Positions 7,275-16,191 of a DNA stretch of 64,000 bases are shown piece by piece; the stretch's first letter is position 1; the number at the start of each line of letters is the position of its first letter. The translations under genes and the position numbers were made by a program. Under the pieces are notes generated by a model, which had not been told where the DNA came from, searched no databases, and saw only the letters and a program-made list of their open reading frames with translations. Origin of the DNA: Myxococcales bacterium (GTDB lineage Bacteria > Myxococcota_A > UBA9042); assembly GCA_009692425.1 (NCBI GenBank), contig SHZF01000004.1, positions 10,175 through 74,174 of the forward strand. Direction: 5' to 3'.

Positions 7275-9281
7275 ATGACGAGCGTCTCGCCGCCACAACC
7301 TCCGCTGCCGGGCGACTCGGCCTCGGGCAGCATCGATATCGCGGCCCTGGTGGCTTCGGGCCTGCTCACGCGCGATGAAGCCCGCGCGCTGGAACACGCC
7401 CAGCAGGCCGAGACCGGTGCGGGCAGCCTCGTGCGAATGGAGGCTCTGCCGGAAACGGGAGGAGGCGGCGATCAGAAAGACGCGGTGAAGGAAACCGCGA
7501 TGAAGCACAAGCGCCACTGGGTACGCGTGACCCGTGTGTGCAACCAGCGCTGCACGTTCTGCCTGGATTCGATGAACCAGGACGGCTCGATGGTCGACGT
7601 CGAGTCGCTCAAGGCCTACATCCTGCTCGGCCGCCGCATGGGCCGCGAGCGCCTGATCCTGTCGGGCGGCGAAGCGAGCGTGCACCCGCAGTTCATCGAT
7701 CTGATCCGCTACGGCCGCCAGGTCGGCTATGACTGGGTGCAGACCGTCACCAACGGCATGATGTTCAGCTACAAGCGGTTCGCGCAGGCGGCGGCGGACG
7801 CGGGCCTCAACGAGGCGACGGTCTCGATGCACGGCCACACCGCCCACTTGCACGACAAGCTGACCGGCACGCCGGGCGCCTTCGTGACGGGCGTCAAGGG
7901 GATGCAGAACCTGCAGGCCACCGGCCAGGTCGTCGTCAACGTCGATGTCGTGATCAACAAGCAGAACTACAAGGCGCTGCCTGAGATCATCGAGTACTAC
8001 CACGACCGGCTGGGCATTCGGGAATTCGATCTGCTGCACATCATTCCGTTCGGCCGTGGCTTCGACGAGCACCGCCACTCGCTGTTTTTCGACCTCAACG
8101 ACGCCGTTCCGTATTTCCGCAAGGCTTTCGCGTGGTCGCAGAAGCCGGGCGTCTACCTGTGGACGAATCGCCTGCCGGTGACGTACCTGGAGGGCAACGA
8201 GAAGCTCATCCAGGACCCGCACAAGTTGTTCAGCGAGTTCGATGGCGGGCGGCACAATTTCGAGGGCTTCCTGCGGCGCGGGCTCAAGCCCGACTGCCAC
8301 GGCGAGCGCTGCGACTACTGCTTTCTCGATGGGCCGTGCCGCCAGACGATGTTCCCGTACCGCACGATGCTGGAGGCGGGCTCGTTCCCGGCCGTGCGAC
8401 TCGATGCGCGCCACGTCTGGCAGGGCACCGAGGCGCGCGCCAAGTTCGAGAGCCAGCGACCGCAGCGGGTGAAGCTGACCGCCCGCGACGCCGAAGAAGC
8501 TGCCGGCGCGTTGGATCGCCTGCCGTTTGCCGGCGCGGACGTCACCGTCGAGTTGGCGGCGGGCGCCGCGACGACCGCCCTGCACGGACTGCCCCAGGTG
8601 CGGCGCTTTGCTGTGGCCACCGTGGCCGACGCCGCCCGCATTCTGCAAGGCCCGGATGCCGTGCCCGCGCCGCACGAAGTCGAGGTCCGACTCGACCAGC
8701 CATTGGCCGCATGGCTGCTGGAACATGCCGAACTGGTGGCGCAATGGGGCAAGCGACTGGTGCTGACGCTGCGCACCCACGAATACCTGTCGGAGTCGCA
8801 GGCCACCGACCCGGACCCGGCGTCCTTGCGCGCACTCGCGGCGCTGGGGGCGCGCACGAAGAACGTGCCGAAATGCATGACGGGGACCGCAGCCGAGCCC
8901 CACGACCATCAGGTACTCGACGCCACCTTGCTCGACGGCGCCGGGCACCTCGACCTCGACCGCTACGTCAACCACTTCGTGGTCGAGGAGTACTTCGCCA
9001 AATCGCTGCGCTGCGGCCGCTGCGCCGAGGTCGATCGCTGCCACGGGGTGCACGTCAACTACGTGCGTAACCATGGCTTTGCGGTCATGGCCCCGCTCGA
9101 CGAAGCGGGCCTGCCGCTAGCGGACGCCGAGAGCTTCGACGACCTCGCGAAGAAGGTCGCCGATGCCACCGCCCGCCGCGAAAAGCGCGAGCGCGACAAG
9201 CTGGTCGGCATGCACCGGCCGCGGCTGCTGGAACCCACCGGTCTCGCGATCGGCCGGGTCGAAGAGACCGCAGGAACCTGA
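7275..9281 (+). CDS. Radical SAM enzyme, 668 aa, with a 75-aa N-terminal extension and a long C-terminal extension carrying SPASM-like Cys clusters. An alternative internal start at 7500 (MKHKRHW) has a good RBS.
   Basis: CNQRCTFC (CxxxCxxC), ILSGGEASVHPQF (GGE motif), HGHTAHLHDKLTGTPG, then CHGERCDYCFLDGPC and CGRCAEVDRCHG. The 6708 start of the track ORF is rejected, since the upstream part is an Arg-rich frame artefact. Codon GC3 bias begins at 7275. Confidence 0.85.
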   Translation: MTSVSPPQPPLPGDSASGSIDIAALVASGLLTRDEARALEHAQQAETGAGSLVRMEALPETGGGGDQKDAVKETAMKHKRHWVRVTRVCNQRCTFCLDSMNQDGSMVDVESLKAYILLGRRMGRERLILSGGEASVHPQFIDLIRYGRQVGYDWVQTVTNGMMFSYKRFAQAAADAGLNEATVSMHGHTAHLHDKLTGTPGAFVTGVKGMQNLQATGQVVVNVDVVINKQNYKALPEIIEYYHDRLGIREFDLLHIIPFGRGFDEHRHSLFFDLNDAVPYFRKAFAWSQKPGVYLWTNRLPVTYLEGNEKLIQDPHKLFSEFDGGRHNFEGFLRRGLKPDCHGERCDYCFLDGPCRQTMFPYRTMLEAGSFPAVRLDARHVWQGTEARAKFESQRPQRVKLTARDAEEAAGALDRLPFAGADVTVELAAGAATTALHGLPQVRRFAVATVADAARILQGPDAVPAPHEVEVRLDQPLAAWLLEHAELVAQWGKRLVLTLRTHEYLSESQATDPDPASLRALAALGARTKNVPKCMTGTAAEPHDHQVLDATLLDGAGHLDLDRYVNHFVVEEYFAKSLRCGRCAEVDRCHGVHVNYVRNHGFAVMAPLDEAGLPLADAESFDDLAKKVADATARREKRERDKLVGMHRPRLLEPTGLAIGRVEETAGT

Positions 9282-9312
9282 TCGGCACGAACGCGAGGAG
9301 GCAGGGTCCGCC

Positions 9313-10539
9313 ATGGCGAACATCGGCTACATCCAGATGGTGCGCCACTGCAACCAGAACTGCGGGTTCTGCTCGAATCCGGAGACGCCGTTCTTCCATG
9401 ATCTCGAACAGGTCCACCGCATCGTCGACGACTTCGTGGTGCGCGGCTACTTCGGCGTGATCCTGACGGGCGGCGAGCCGACGTTGTCGCCCATCCTGCC
9501 CGATGCCATTCGCTATGCGCGCGCCCAGGGCCTGCACGTGCGCATGATCACGAACGGGCAGAAGCTCGCGGACCCGGCGTACTGCGACACGGTGTGGCAG
9601 GCGGGGCTGCAGCACGTGCACGTGAGCATCCACAGCCACAAGCACAAGCTCGAGGACTTCCTGACCGGCACGCCGGGCTCGCTGGACTGGGCCGAAAAGG
9701 CGTTGGCGAACCTCGCCAAGACCGACATCACCGTCAACATCAACACGGTGATCAACCGCTACAACTGCGACCACCTGCACGAGAACATCGAGTGGTTCAT
9801 CGAGCACTTCCCGTTCATCCGGCACTTCGTCTGGAACAATCTCGACCCCTCGATCGGCCGGGCGACGACGAACAACTACTTCACGCCCAAGCTCAAGGAC
9901 CTCGAAGTCTCGCTGCACAAGGCGATGCGGCGGCTGCACGAGACGGGGCGCTCCTTCCGCGTCGAGCGCGTGCCGCTGTGCTACATGACTGAGTTTGCCC
10001 ACTGTTCGACGGAGACGCGCAAAATCGTGAAGTCCGAGGAGCGCATCGTCCACTTCCTCGATCAAAAGGGCACCGTACGGCAGACGGAATGGGGGCACTT
10101 GTACGCCGACGTGTGCGAGACGTGCACATTGCGCTCGGTGTGTGGCGGCCTGTTCGATCGAGGCGATGCCTACGACCCTGCGGAGTTGAGTCCCGTGTTC
10201 GTCGATCCGCGGCCGATCGTGCAGCGCATCGTCGACGATCTGCAGTCAGACCCGGCGTGGCGGCGCGAGAAATTCAAGAACCTCGCGACCCTGCCGTCGC
10301 CGCATCAGGGCCAGCGCTACCGACCGGGCAAGGTGCAGGCGCCCACCGGCGAGCGCCTGGTCGAGCCGAGCCGTGACCCGAAAAAACACCAGGACCCGAC
10401 GGCGCGCGACTGGCACCCCGCGGACGATGAACAGGACGCCGATTTTGGCCTTTTGGTGCCGGCTGAGACCGAGTCTGAGCGCGCCGCCGCCCCTGGCCGC
10501 GTGCCCTTGGACCGGCTGGCGGCGGAACGGGCGCCTTGA
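9313..10539 (+). CDS. Radical SAM enzyme, 409 aa; paralog of the preceding gene; disordered ~90 aa C-terminal tail.
   Basis: MANIGYIQMVRHCNQNCGFC, ILTGGEPTL, HSHKHKLEDFLTGTPG (same H-x-H-x3-L-x2-LTGTPG block as the 7275 gene), CETCTLRSVCGG. Confidence 0.85.
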   Translation: MANIGYIQMVRHCNQNCGFCSNPETPFFHDLEQVHRIVDDFVVRGYFGVILTGGEPTLSPILPDAIRYARAQGLHVRMITNGQKLADPAYCDTVWQAGLQHVHVSIHSHKHKLEDFLTGTPGSLDWAEKALANLAKTDITVNINTVINRYNCDHLHENIEWFIEHFPFIRHFVWNNLDPSIGRATTNNYFTPKLKDLEVSLHKAMRRLHETGRSFRVERVPLCYMTEFAHCSTETRKIVKSEERIVHFLDQKGTVRQTEWGHLYADVCETCTLRSVCGGLFDRGDAYDPAELSPVFVDPRPIVQRIVDDLQSDPAWRREKFKNLATLPSPHQGQRYRPGKVQAPTGERLVEPSRDPKKHQDPTARDWHPADDEQDADFGLLVPAETESERAAAPGRVPLDRLAAERAP

Positions 10540-10563
10540 CGTGCGGACGCGGCGGGCACCGGG

Positions 10564-10604
10564 TAGCCAGCGGGTCCTCTATCTGGCTAGCCAACGCGTC
10601 CTCT
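10564..10604. promoter_or_regulatory. Imperfect 17-bp direct repeat (tagccagcgggtcctct / tagccaacgcgtcctct) that also forms a TAGCCAG...CTGGCTA hairpin, in the 142-bp gap between the second radical SAM gene and the small-ORF pair.
   Basis: Read directly from 10561-10610. Confidence 0.35.
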
Positions 10605-10680
10605 GCCTTGAAGCCAACAGCAACGTGAAGTAAGAAGCCGCCCCGGCGGCACCCTCCCCCGGCGGGACCATGGAGCGATA

Positions 10681-11199
10681 ATGAGCGAACATTCGATCGA
10701 GACCTTCGACGCCGCTGCGGGCCGCATGACGCTGGCGCTCGACACCGGGCTGTATCCGCTCGAGGTCGTCTACGGCGCGGCCTACATCTTCATCGACCGG
10801 GCGTTCGTGCTGCTCGACCGCGAAGGGGAATCGGGCCAAGGCCGCTACCTCGTGCACCTGCGCACCAAGCAGGGGGCCGACGAGACGAAGCTGCGCGCGC
10901 TGTCCGGCGAGTTCGGCAACGAGCTGCTGAGCCAGGCGTTGCGGCGCAAGGTGGTCAAGGCGAACCAGAAGATCATCGAGGAGATCACGACGCAGGCGAT
11001 CGCGGGGGCAGCAGGCGGCGCGTTGCCGACGGACTTCCTGGGCGGTGCCGACGACGGCCTCGACTTTCTCGATGACCCGCTCGGCATCGCGGTGCCGTGG
11101 GAAGAGAAGTTCAAGAAGAAGAAGCCCGATGCCGCCGACCCGACCAGTGCCGCGGCCATCGCCGACGCCGCCGGTGGTACGGGCGAGGCCAAGCCATGA
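10681..11199 (+). CDS. Hypothetical 172-aa protein: structured N-terminal ~110 aa, then an acidic/Gly-Ala-rich low-complexity tail. Candidate precursor or scaffold of the radical SAM cassette.
   Basis: Complete ORF with coding-like composition. Its stop TGA (11197-11199) overlaps the ATG (11196-11198) of the next ORF in an ATGA. Confidence 0.55.
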   Translation: MSEHSIETFDAAAGRMTLALDTGLYPLEVVYGAAYIFIDRAFVLLDREGESGQGRYLVHLRTKQGADETKLRALSGEFGNELLSQALRRKVVKANQKIIEEITTQAIAGAAGGALPTDFLGGADDGLDFLDDPLGIAVPWEEKFKKKKPDAADPTSAAAIADAAGGTGEAKP

Positions 11200-11429
11200 C
11201 GGCCGCCGTCACGGTCAAGCTGCACCGGACGCTCTACATGCAGCAGGCACTCCAGGAGGCGGGCCAGGCCTTTGCGGAACTCGCCTCGTTCGAGATCGTG
11301 CGCGACGGCGAGTACTACGCCGTGCACATCGCCGACATCGACGCCGAAGTCGAGGGTGATCTGGTCGCTGAGTTCTGCAACCACGCGCTGGTCCACACGT
11401 GGAACCGCAAACGGAAAACCGTCGCATGA
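11196..11429 (+). CDS. Hypothetical 77-aa protein (MTAAVTVKLHRTLYMQQALQEAGQAFAELASFEIVRDGEYYAVHIADIDAEVEGDLVAEFCNHALVHTWNRKRKTVA). Possible small partner/RRE-like or HxsD-like accessory protein.
   Basis: ATGA overlap at both ends (11196/11199 and 11426/11429). The track's longer ORF 11097..11429 has an Arg-rich N-terminus that I reject. Confidence 0.5.
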   Translation: MTAAVTVKLHRTLYMQQALQEAGQAFAELASFEIVRDGEYYAVHIADIDAEVEGDLVAEFCNHALVHTWNRKRKTVA

Positions 11430-12925
11430 GCTACCTCGCCGGCCTGAACCTCGACGATGTCCCCGCCGATCGGCTCGTGCCGTTCAATCACCGTGCCGTG
11501 GGCGACCGCGTGCTGGTGTCGAACGATCTCGGCGATCACGTGTTCCTAGCGCCCGGCGAGTTCCGTGCGTTCGTGACGGGCCAGGTTGCCGCCGACACCG
11601 ATCTGTACGGCAAGCTGGCAGCGGCCAACCTGTTCGCGGCCAGCATCGACGTGGGCAAGCAGGCGGAACGCTGGCGCCGCAAGAAGCAGTACCTGTTCGT
11701 CGGGCCGACGCTGCACGCGTTCGTGTTGACGCACCGCTGCAACCACGGTTGCCAGTACTGCCACTCGTCGATCGTCGGCATGACGCGCACCGACACCGAC
11801 ATGCCGATCGATGTCGCCGAGCGCGCGGTCGACCTCGCCTTCCAGACCACGAGCCCGAGCCTGACGATCGAGTTCCAGGGCGGCGAGCCGTTGGCGAACT
11901 GGGAGGTGCTGCAGCACATCGTCGAGTATGCGCGGCAGAAGAATGCGCTCGCCGGCAAGAACCTGTCGTTCGCCCTCGTCACGAACTTGTCGCTGATGGA
12001 CGAGGAGCGGCTCGACTACTTGCTCGACCGCAAGGTGCAGTTGTGCACGAGCCTCGACGGCCCGGCAGACCTGCACAACAAGGTGCGCATCTATAAGGAA
12101 GGCGACAGCCACGACCTCGTGATGAAATGGATGGCGCGCATCAACGAGCGCTACGTCGAGATGGGCCTCGACCCGAACTTGTACCGTGTCGAAGCCTTGC
12201 CGACGATCACGCGCCACGCGCTGGCGCGGCCCAAGGACGTGGTGGACCAGTACGTGGCATTGGGCTGTCGCGCGGTGTTCCTGCGCAAGCTCGATCCGTT
12301 CGGGTTTGCCGCCCGCACGGCCGGCACGCTCGGCTATTCGATGGACGAGTTCCTCACGTTCTACCAGGAGGCGGTGGACTACATCATCGAACTCAACCGG
12401 CGCGGCGTGCAGGTGATGGAACGGCACGCCGGGATCATGCTGTCGAAAATCCTCAACGACGACGAGCCGAACTACCTCGACCTGCGCACGCCGGGCGGCG
12501 CGGTGACAGGGCAGCTCGGCTATGCGCCCGACGGCGGCGTGTACTCGTCGGACGAGGGGCGCTTCGTGGCGGCGATGGGCGACGAGATGTTCCGCATCGG
12601 CACGGTGACGGACACGTACCACCAGATCGTGACGAACGCGCAGACCCGCGCGCTCGTGATGGCGGGACTCAACGACGGGCAGCCCGACTGCGTGACGTGC
12701 GTGTACAAGCCCTGGTGCGGCCAGCAGGTGGAGTACAACTACAAGACGCAGGGCTCGATCCACGGCCGGATGCGCGACTCGGTGTGGTGCCGCAAGCACA
12801 AGACGATCTTCGACTACCTGATGGGCAAGCTGGCCAAGGCGAACGCCGAAGACCTCGCGATGTTCCAGCGCTGGACCACGAACCGAACGCTGGATCATTT
12901 CATGCAGGAACGCGGAGCGTTGTAG
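11426..12925 (+). CDS. Radical SAM / SPASM-domain maturase of the AtsB/anSME-like class, 499 aa, with a ~100-aa N-terminal domain before the Cys triad.
   Basis: CNHGCQYCH (CxxxCxxC), IEFQGGEPL, C-terminal CVTCVYKPWCGQ ... WCRK (SPASM-type). The start MSYLAGLNL at 11426 overlaps the previous stop. Confidence 0.85.
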   Translation: MSYLAGLNLDDVPADRLVPFNHRAVGDRVLVSNDLGDHVFLAPGEFRAFVTGQVAADTDLYGKLAAANLFAASIDVGKQAERWRRKKQYLFVGPTLHAFVLTHRCNHGCQYCHSSIVGMTRTDTDMPIDVAERAVDLAFQTTSPSLTIEFQGGEPLANWEVLQHIVEYARQKNALAGKNLSFALVTNLSLMDEERLDYLLDRKVQLCTSLDGPADLHNKVRIYKEGDSHDLVMKWMARINERYVEMGLDPNLYRVEALPTITRHALARPKDVVDQYVALGCRAVFLRKLDPFGFAARTAGTLGYSMDEFLTFYQEAVDYIIELNRRGVQVMERHAGIMLSKILNDDEPNYLDLRTPGGAVTGQLGYAPDGGVYSSDEGRFVAAMGDEMFRIGTVTDTYHQIVTNAQTRALVMAGLNDGQPDCVTCVYKPWCGQQVEYNYKTQGSIHGRMRDSVWCRKHKTIFDYLMGKLAKANAEDLAMFQRWTTNRTLDHFMQERGAL

Positions 12926-13071
12926 ATGGCGGCACGCACGAGAAACACGCCGCTGCGGTTTGAACCGATGCGCGGGGGCGTGCTAGCATGGTGCGTTCAT
13001 GCAACGCGCAGTCGGCCGGGTACCTCCGCCCCGTCGGCATGACGCGGCCGGGCCTGCGGGAGCCCTTCGCC

Positions 13072-16000
13072 ATGCGCCGATTCTGCGACCGTGCCCGAAT
13101 CCGCCCGTGGCGCCTTGCGCTCGCGTGGCTGGCGTGGGCGGCTGCGTGCACCGAAGAACCCTTGCAGCAAGGGTCGCTCGACGCGATTGGCGCCGACACG
13201 CGCGGAACCGGCGCCGACGCGGCCCCAGACACCGCGACGGTCGATGCCAAGCTGACGGACGCGGCCAGCGACGCCAAGTCCGACGCCGCGAACGACACGA
13301 AAACCGACGAGAAGACGGACAGCGCGGGCCCCGACAGCGCGATCGACAACGGCGCCGACGGCCTGCTGGACACGGCGCCCACCGACGATGCGGACGGGAT
13401 CGTCGATGAATTCGCTGCCGATCAGGACGGACCAGACAGCGCTGGCACCGATGCGGACGCTGCGGGCACCGTGGACGCCGGCGCGGGAGACGCGCCTCCC
13501 AACGTCAAGAGCGTGCATTCGAATGCGTGCACCGCGGCCAGCGACTGCCTGATCCCATGTGCATCGGGCAACTGCGTGGCGGGCACGTGCAGCTATCAGC
13601 CCAAAGGCAAGGGCTGCGTGGCCGACCTCGGCGGCGGCAAGGTGGGCTGCTTCGGCCCCGGCGACACGAGCGACGACAAGCCCTGCCTCGTGTGCCAGCC
13701 GTTGGTGTCGAGTACGGCGCTGACGACGGCGCTGTGGGTGAATGGCCTCGACGGCGAGCCGGGACTGCAGTTCGCCGACACCGCGGGCGCCGGCATCGGC
13801 TGGGGATTCAGCGACAAGAAGTCGAAGTCGGGCGGCAAGTCGCTGTGGTTCGGCGACCCCAAGACAGGCAACTACGCGATAGGCAAGGCGGTCGGCGGCA
13901 CGGCGACCTTGCCGGAGACGAAGGTGCCGCAGTTCAGCGGCACGCAGCCCAAGGTCGCGTTCTGGCTGTGGCTCGACACCGAGGAGTTCGACGGCCACGA
14001 CGTGCTGACGCTCGGCGTGCTCGAAGGCGGAGCCACGAAGGTCCTGTGGACGTCGGACGCGATCAAGGGCACCACGGGTGGCGCATGGCAGCGCATCGAG
14101 GCCGAACTCGTGGGCTACGGTGGCAAGACGGTGGCGCTGCAGTTCGGCTTCGACTCAAAGGACGAGGTCGCCAACACGTTCAGTGGCCCCTTCCTCGACG
14201 ACGTGGCCGTGCTGTCGGGCTGCTGCGCCGGGGCCGCGGATTGCGACGACGGCAACGCGTGCAGCGACGACAGTTGCGCGGCGGGAGCGGGCGGCCTGCC
14301 CCTGTGCAGCCACGCCAAGAAGGCCGGGTGCTGCTCGACGTCGGGCGACTGCGACGACAAGGTGTTGTGCACGTTCGATCTGTGCTCCGGGCCGGGCGGC
14401 ACGTGCAGCCACAACGCAAAGCCCGGCTGTTGCCTGACCGACAACGGCTGCGACGATGGCAACGCGCTGACGATCGACAAGTGCGTGGCTTCGAAGTGCC
14501 TGATCATCGACACCGCGTGCAAGTCGGACGCCGACTGCAAGACGAACGATCCGTGCCAGAAGGGGTCGTGCCAGGCCGGAATCTGCGCGTTCCAATCGAC
14601 GTGCTGCATCGCCGACAGCGAGTGCGACGACTTCAACCCGTGCACGATCGACGGCTGCGACAAGGGCAAATGCGTCACCACGGCATCGACGGTGCCGGGC
14701 TGCTGCTCGCCCCAGCCACTTTTCAACCAGTTCGGCAGCAGCGACGAGGGCTGGACGTCGGGCCCGGCGTCGCCCCAAAACAACGACTGGCATTGGAAGG
14801 CGCTGCCGTCCGCAGTCAGCCCGCCGGGCGCCCTGCACTTTGGATTGAAAGACAAAGACATGGGGCTTACGGCCAGCCAGCCGCAGTCCAAGATCACGAC
14901 GGCGAGCCCGCCGATCACGCTGCTGCCCGGCAAGGAAGTGACGTTCAAACTCTGGTACATGTCGGACATGACGGCCGCCAGTGGCAACGTGCGGGTGTTC
15001 GCGGTGGTCGACGGCAAGGAGGTGACGTTCGGCTACCTGAGCCTGAACACGAGCAAGAAGTGGACGACGTTCGGCCCGTATGACCTCTCGCCGGCGATGG
15101 GCAAGACGATCCAGATCAAGCTGGAGATGACGCTGACACCCGTTGGCTCGGTCACGGGCACCGGGCTGTGGGTCGACGACTTCGAGGTGAATTCGACGTG
15201 TCAGGCCAAGAAGTGCGCGGCCTCGGGCACCTGCGGCATCGGTGCGATGCCATGCGTGGCCGGCGTGTGCACGGACGGTCAGTGCACGTACCCGAACGCC
15301 TGCTGCGTCACGAGTGCCGACTGCGCCGACCAGAACCTGTGCACAAGCGACGTGTGCGTGAACACGAAGTGCCAGTTCAACCCGATCGCGAAGTGCTGCA
15401 TGGGCAGCGGCGACTGTGCCGACGGCAACCCGTGCACGCAAGACATCTGCCCAGCGCCCGGCCAGATCTGCCAGTGGCCGCCGGTGCCCGGCTGCTGCCT
15501 GTCGTCGGTCGAATGCAATGACAGCAACGCGTGCACGAAGGACGGCTGCATCCTGAACAAGTGCGTCAACGAGAACACGTGCTGCAAGGTCGACAAGGAC
15601 TGCGACGACAGTGAGACAAAGTGCACGGTCGACAAGTGCGTGGCCCAGATCTGCACGCACACGTCGACGGGCGCGGCCGGTTGCTGCTCGCCGATCGTGT
15701 GGGAGAACGACTTCGATCAGGGCGACCTCAAGGGCATCAAGGTGCAGAACTCCGCTGGCGCCAAGGGCTGGAACCACTGGCCGAACGCGCAGTTGTCGAA
15801 GTCGGGCAAGGGCGTGCTGTACTATGGCGATCCCGCGGTCGGCAATTTCGACTTCAGCTTGTCGAGCGGCACGGCCAAGACGCTGGCGATCCAGTTGCCG
15901 GTGTCGACGCCGTCGCACATGACGTTCTGGCTCTACATGGACACCGAGCAGGGCCCGCCCTACGACTCGCTCGCCGTGCGCGTCTACGTCGATGGCGCCC

Positions 16001-16191
16001 AAAATCCGGTGTGGGAAAAGAACCAGAACGGCTACACGGTGCTGAAATGGACCGAGATCAAGATCGACCTCGCGAAGTGGGCCGGCAAGTCCATCGAGAT
16101 CGAGTTCTACTTCAACACGGTCGATTCGGTGGGCAACAGCGGCAAGGGCGTCTTCGTCGATGACCTGAAGGTCGTGACGGCGTGTCCATGA
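13072..16191 (+). CDS. Giant secreted lipoprotein, 1039 aa. It has a D/A/T-rich linker, then several MAM-like beta-sandwich modules separated by C-x-D-x-N-x-C-T-x-D-x-C cysteine-rich repeats.
   Basis: MRRFCDRARIRPWRLALAWLAWAAAC signal and lipobox. Repeats CDDGNACSDDSC, CDDKVLCTFDLC, CDDGNALTIDKC, CDDFNPCTIDGC, CADQNLCTSDVC, CADGNPCTQDIC, CNDSNACTKDGC. Modules with LWFGDP / FWLWLDTE / GPFLDDVAV...C and a C-terminal GKGVFVDDLKVVTAC (MAM-like ...DD..(V/I)...C ending). Confidence 0.85.
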   Translation: MRRFCDRARIRPWRLALAWLAWAAACTEEPLQQGSLDAIGADTRGTGADAAPDTATVDAKLTDAASDAKSDAANDTKTDEKTDSAGPDSAIDNGADGLLDTAPTDDADGIVDEFAADQDGPDSAGTDADAAGTVDAGAGDAPPNVKSVHSNACTAASDCLIPCASGNCVAGTCSYQPKGKGCVADLGGGKVGCFGPGDTSDDKPCLVCQPLVSSTALTTALWVNGLDGEPGLQFADTAGAGIGWGFSDKKSKSGGKSLWFGDPKTGNYAIGKAVGGTATLPETKVPQFSGTQPKVAFWLWLDTEEFDGHDVLTLGVLEGGATKVLWTSDAIKGTTGGAWQRIEAELVGYGGKTVALQFGFDSKDEVANTFSGPFLDDVAVLSGCCAGAADCDDGNACSDDSCAAGAGGLPLCSHAKKAGCCSTSGDCDDKVLCTFDLCSGPGGTCSHNAKPGCCLTDNGCDDGNALTIDKCVASKCLIIDTACKSDADCKTNDPCQKGSCQAGICAFQSTCCIADSECDDFNPCTIDGCDKGKCVTTASTVPGCCSPQPLFNQFGSSDEGWTSGPASPQNNDWHWKALPSAVSPPGALHFGLKDKDMGLTASQPQSKITTASPPITLLPGKEVTFKLWYMSDMTAASGNVRVFAVVDGKEVTFGYLSLNTSKKWTTFGPYDLSPAMGKTIQIKLEMTLTPVGSVTGTGLWVDDFEVNSTCQAKKCAASGTCGIGAMPCVAGVCTDGQCTYPNACCVTSADCADQNLCTSDVCVNTKCQFNPIAKCCMGSGDCADGNPCTQDICPAPGQICQWPPVPGCCLSSVECNDSNACTKDGCILNKCVNENTCCKVDKDCDDSETKCTVDKCVAQICTHTSTGAAGCCSPIVWENDFDQGDLKGIKVQNSAGAKGWNHWPNAQLSKSGKGVLYYGDPAVGNFDFSLSSGTAKTLAIQLPVSTPSHMTFWLYMDTEQGPPYDSLAVRVYVDGAQNPVWEKNQNGYTVLKWTEIKIDLAKWAGKSIEIEFYFNTVDSVGNSGKGVFVDDLKVVTACP

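Noticed and set aside
6897-9074. 725-aa minus-strand ORF antisense to the first radical SAM gene
   Set aside because: Arg/Ala/Gly/Val-rich low-complexity translation typical of an off-frame in 70% GC DNA. It is fully overlapped by a plus-strand gene with clear radical SAM motifs.
11197-11429. Possibility that the TGA stops of the two small ORFs are selenocysteine codons, given selB in the window
   Set aside because: Read-through in either frame yields Arg/Ser-rich nonsense. The TGAs are better explained as ATGA stop/start overlaps.
12997-13998. 333-aa minus-strand ORF and the 136-aa plus-strand ORF overlapping the 5' end of the first giant lipoprotein gene
   Set aside because: Off-frame artefacts. 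The 13072 frame encodes a canonical signal peptide and lipobox followed by the conserved module architecture.
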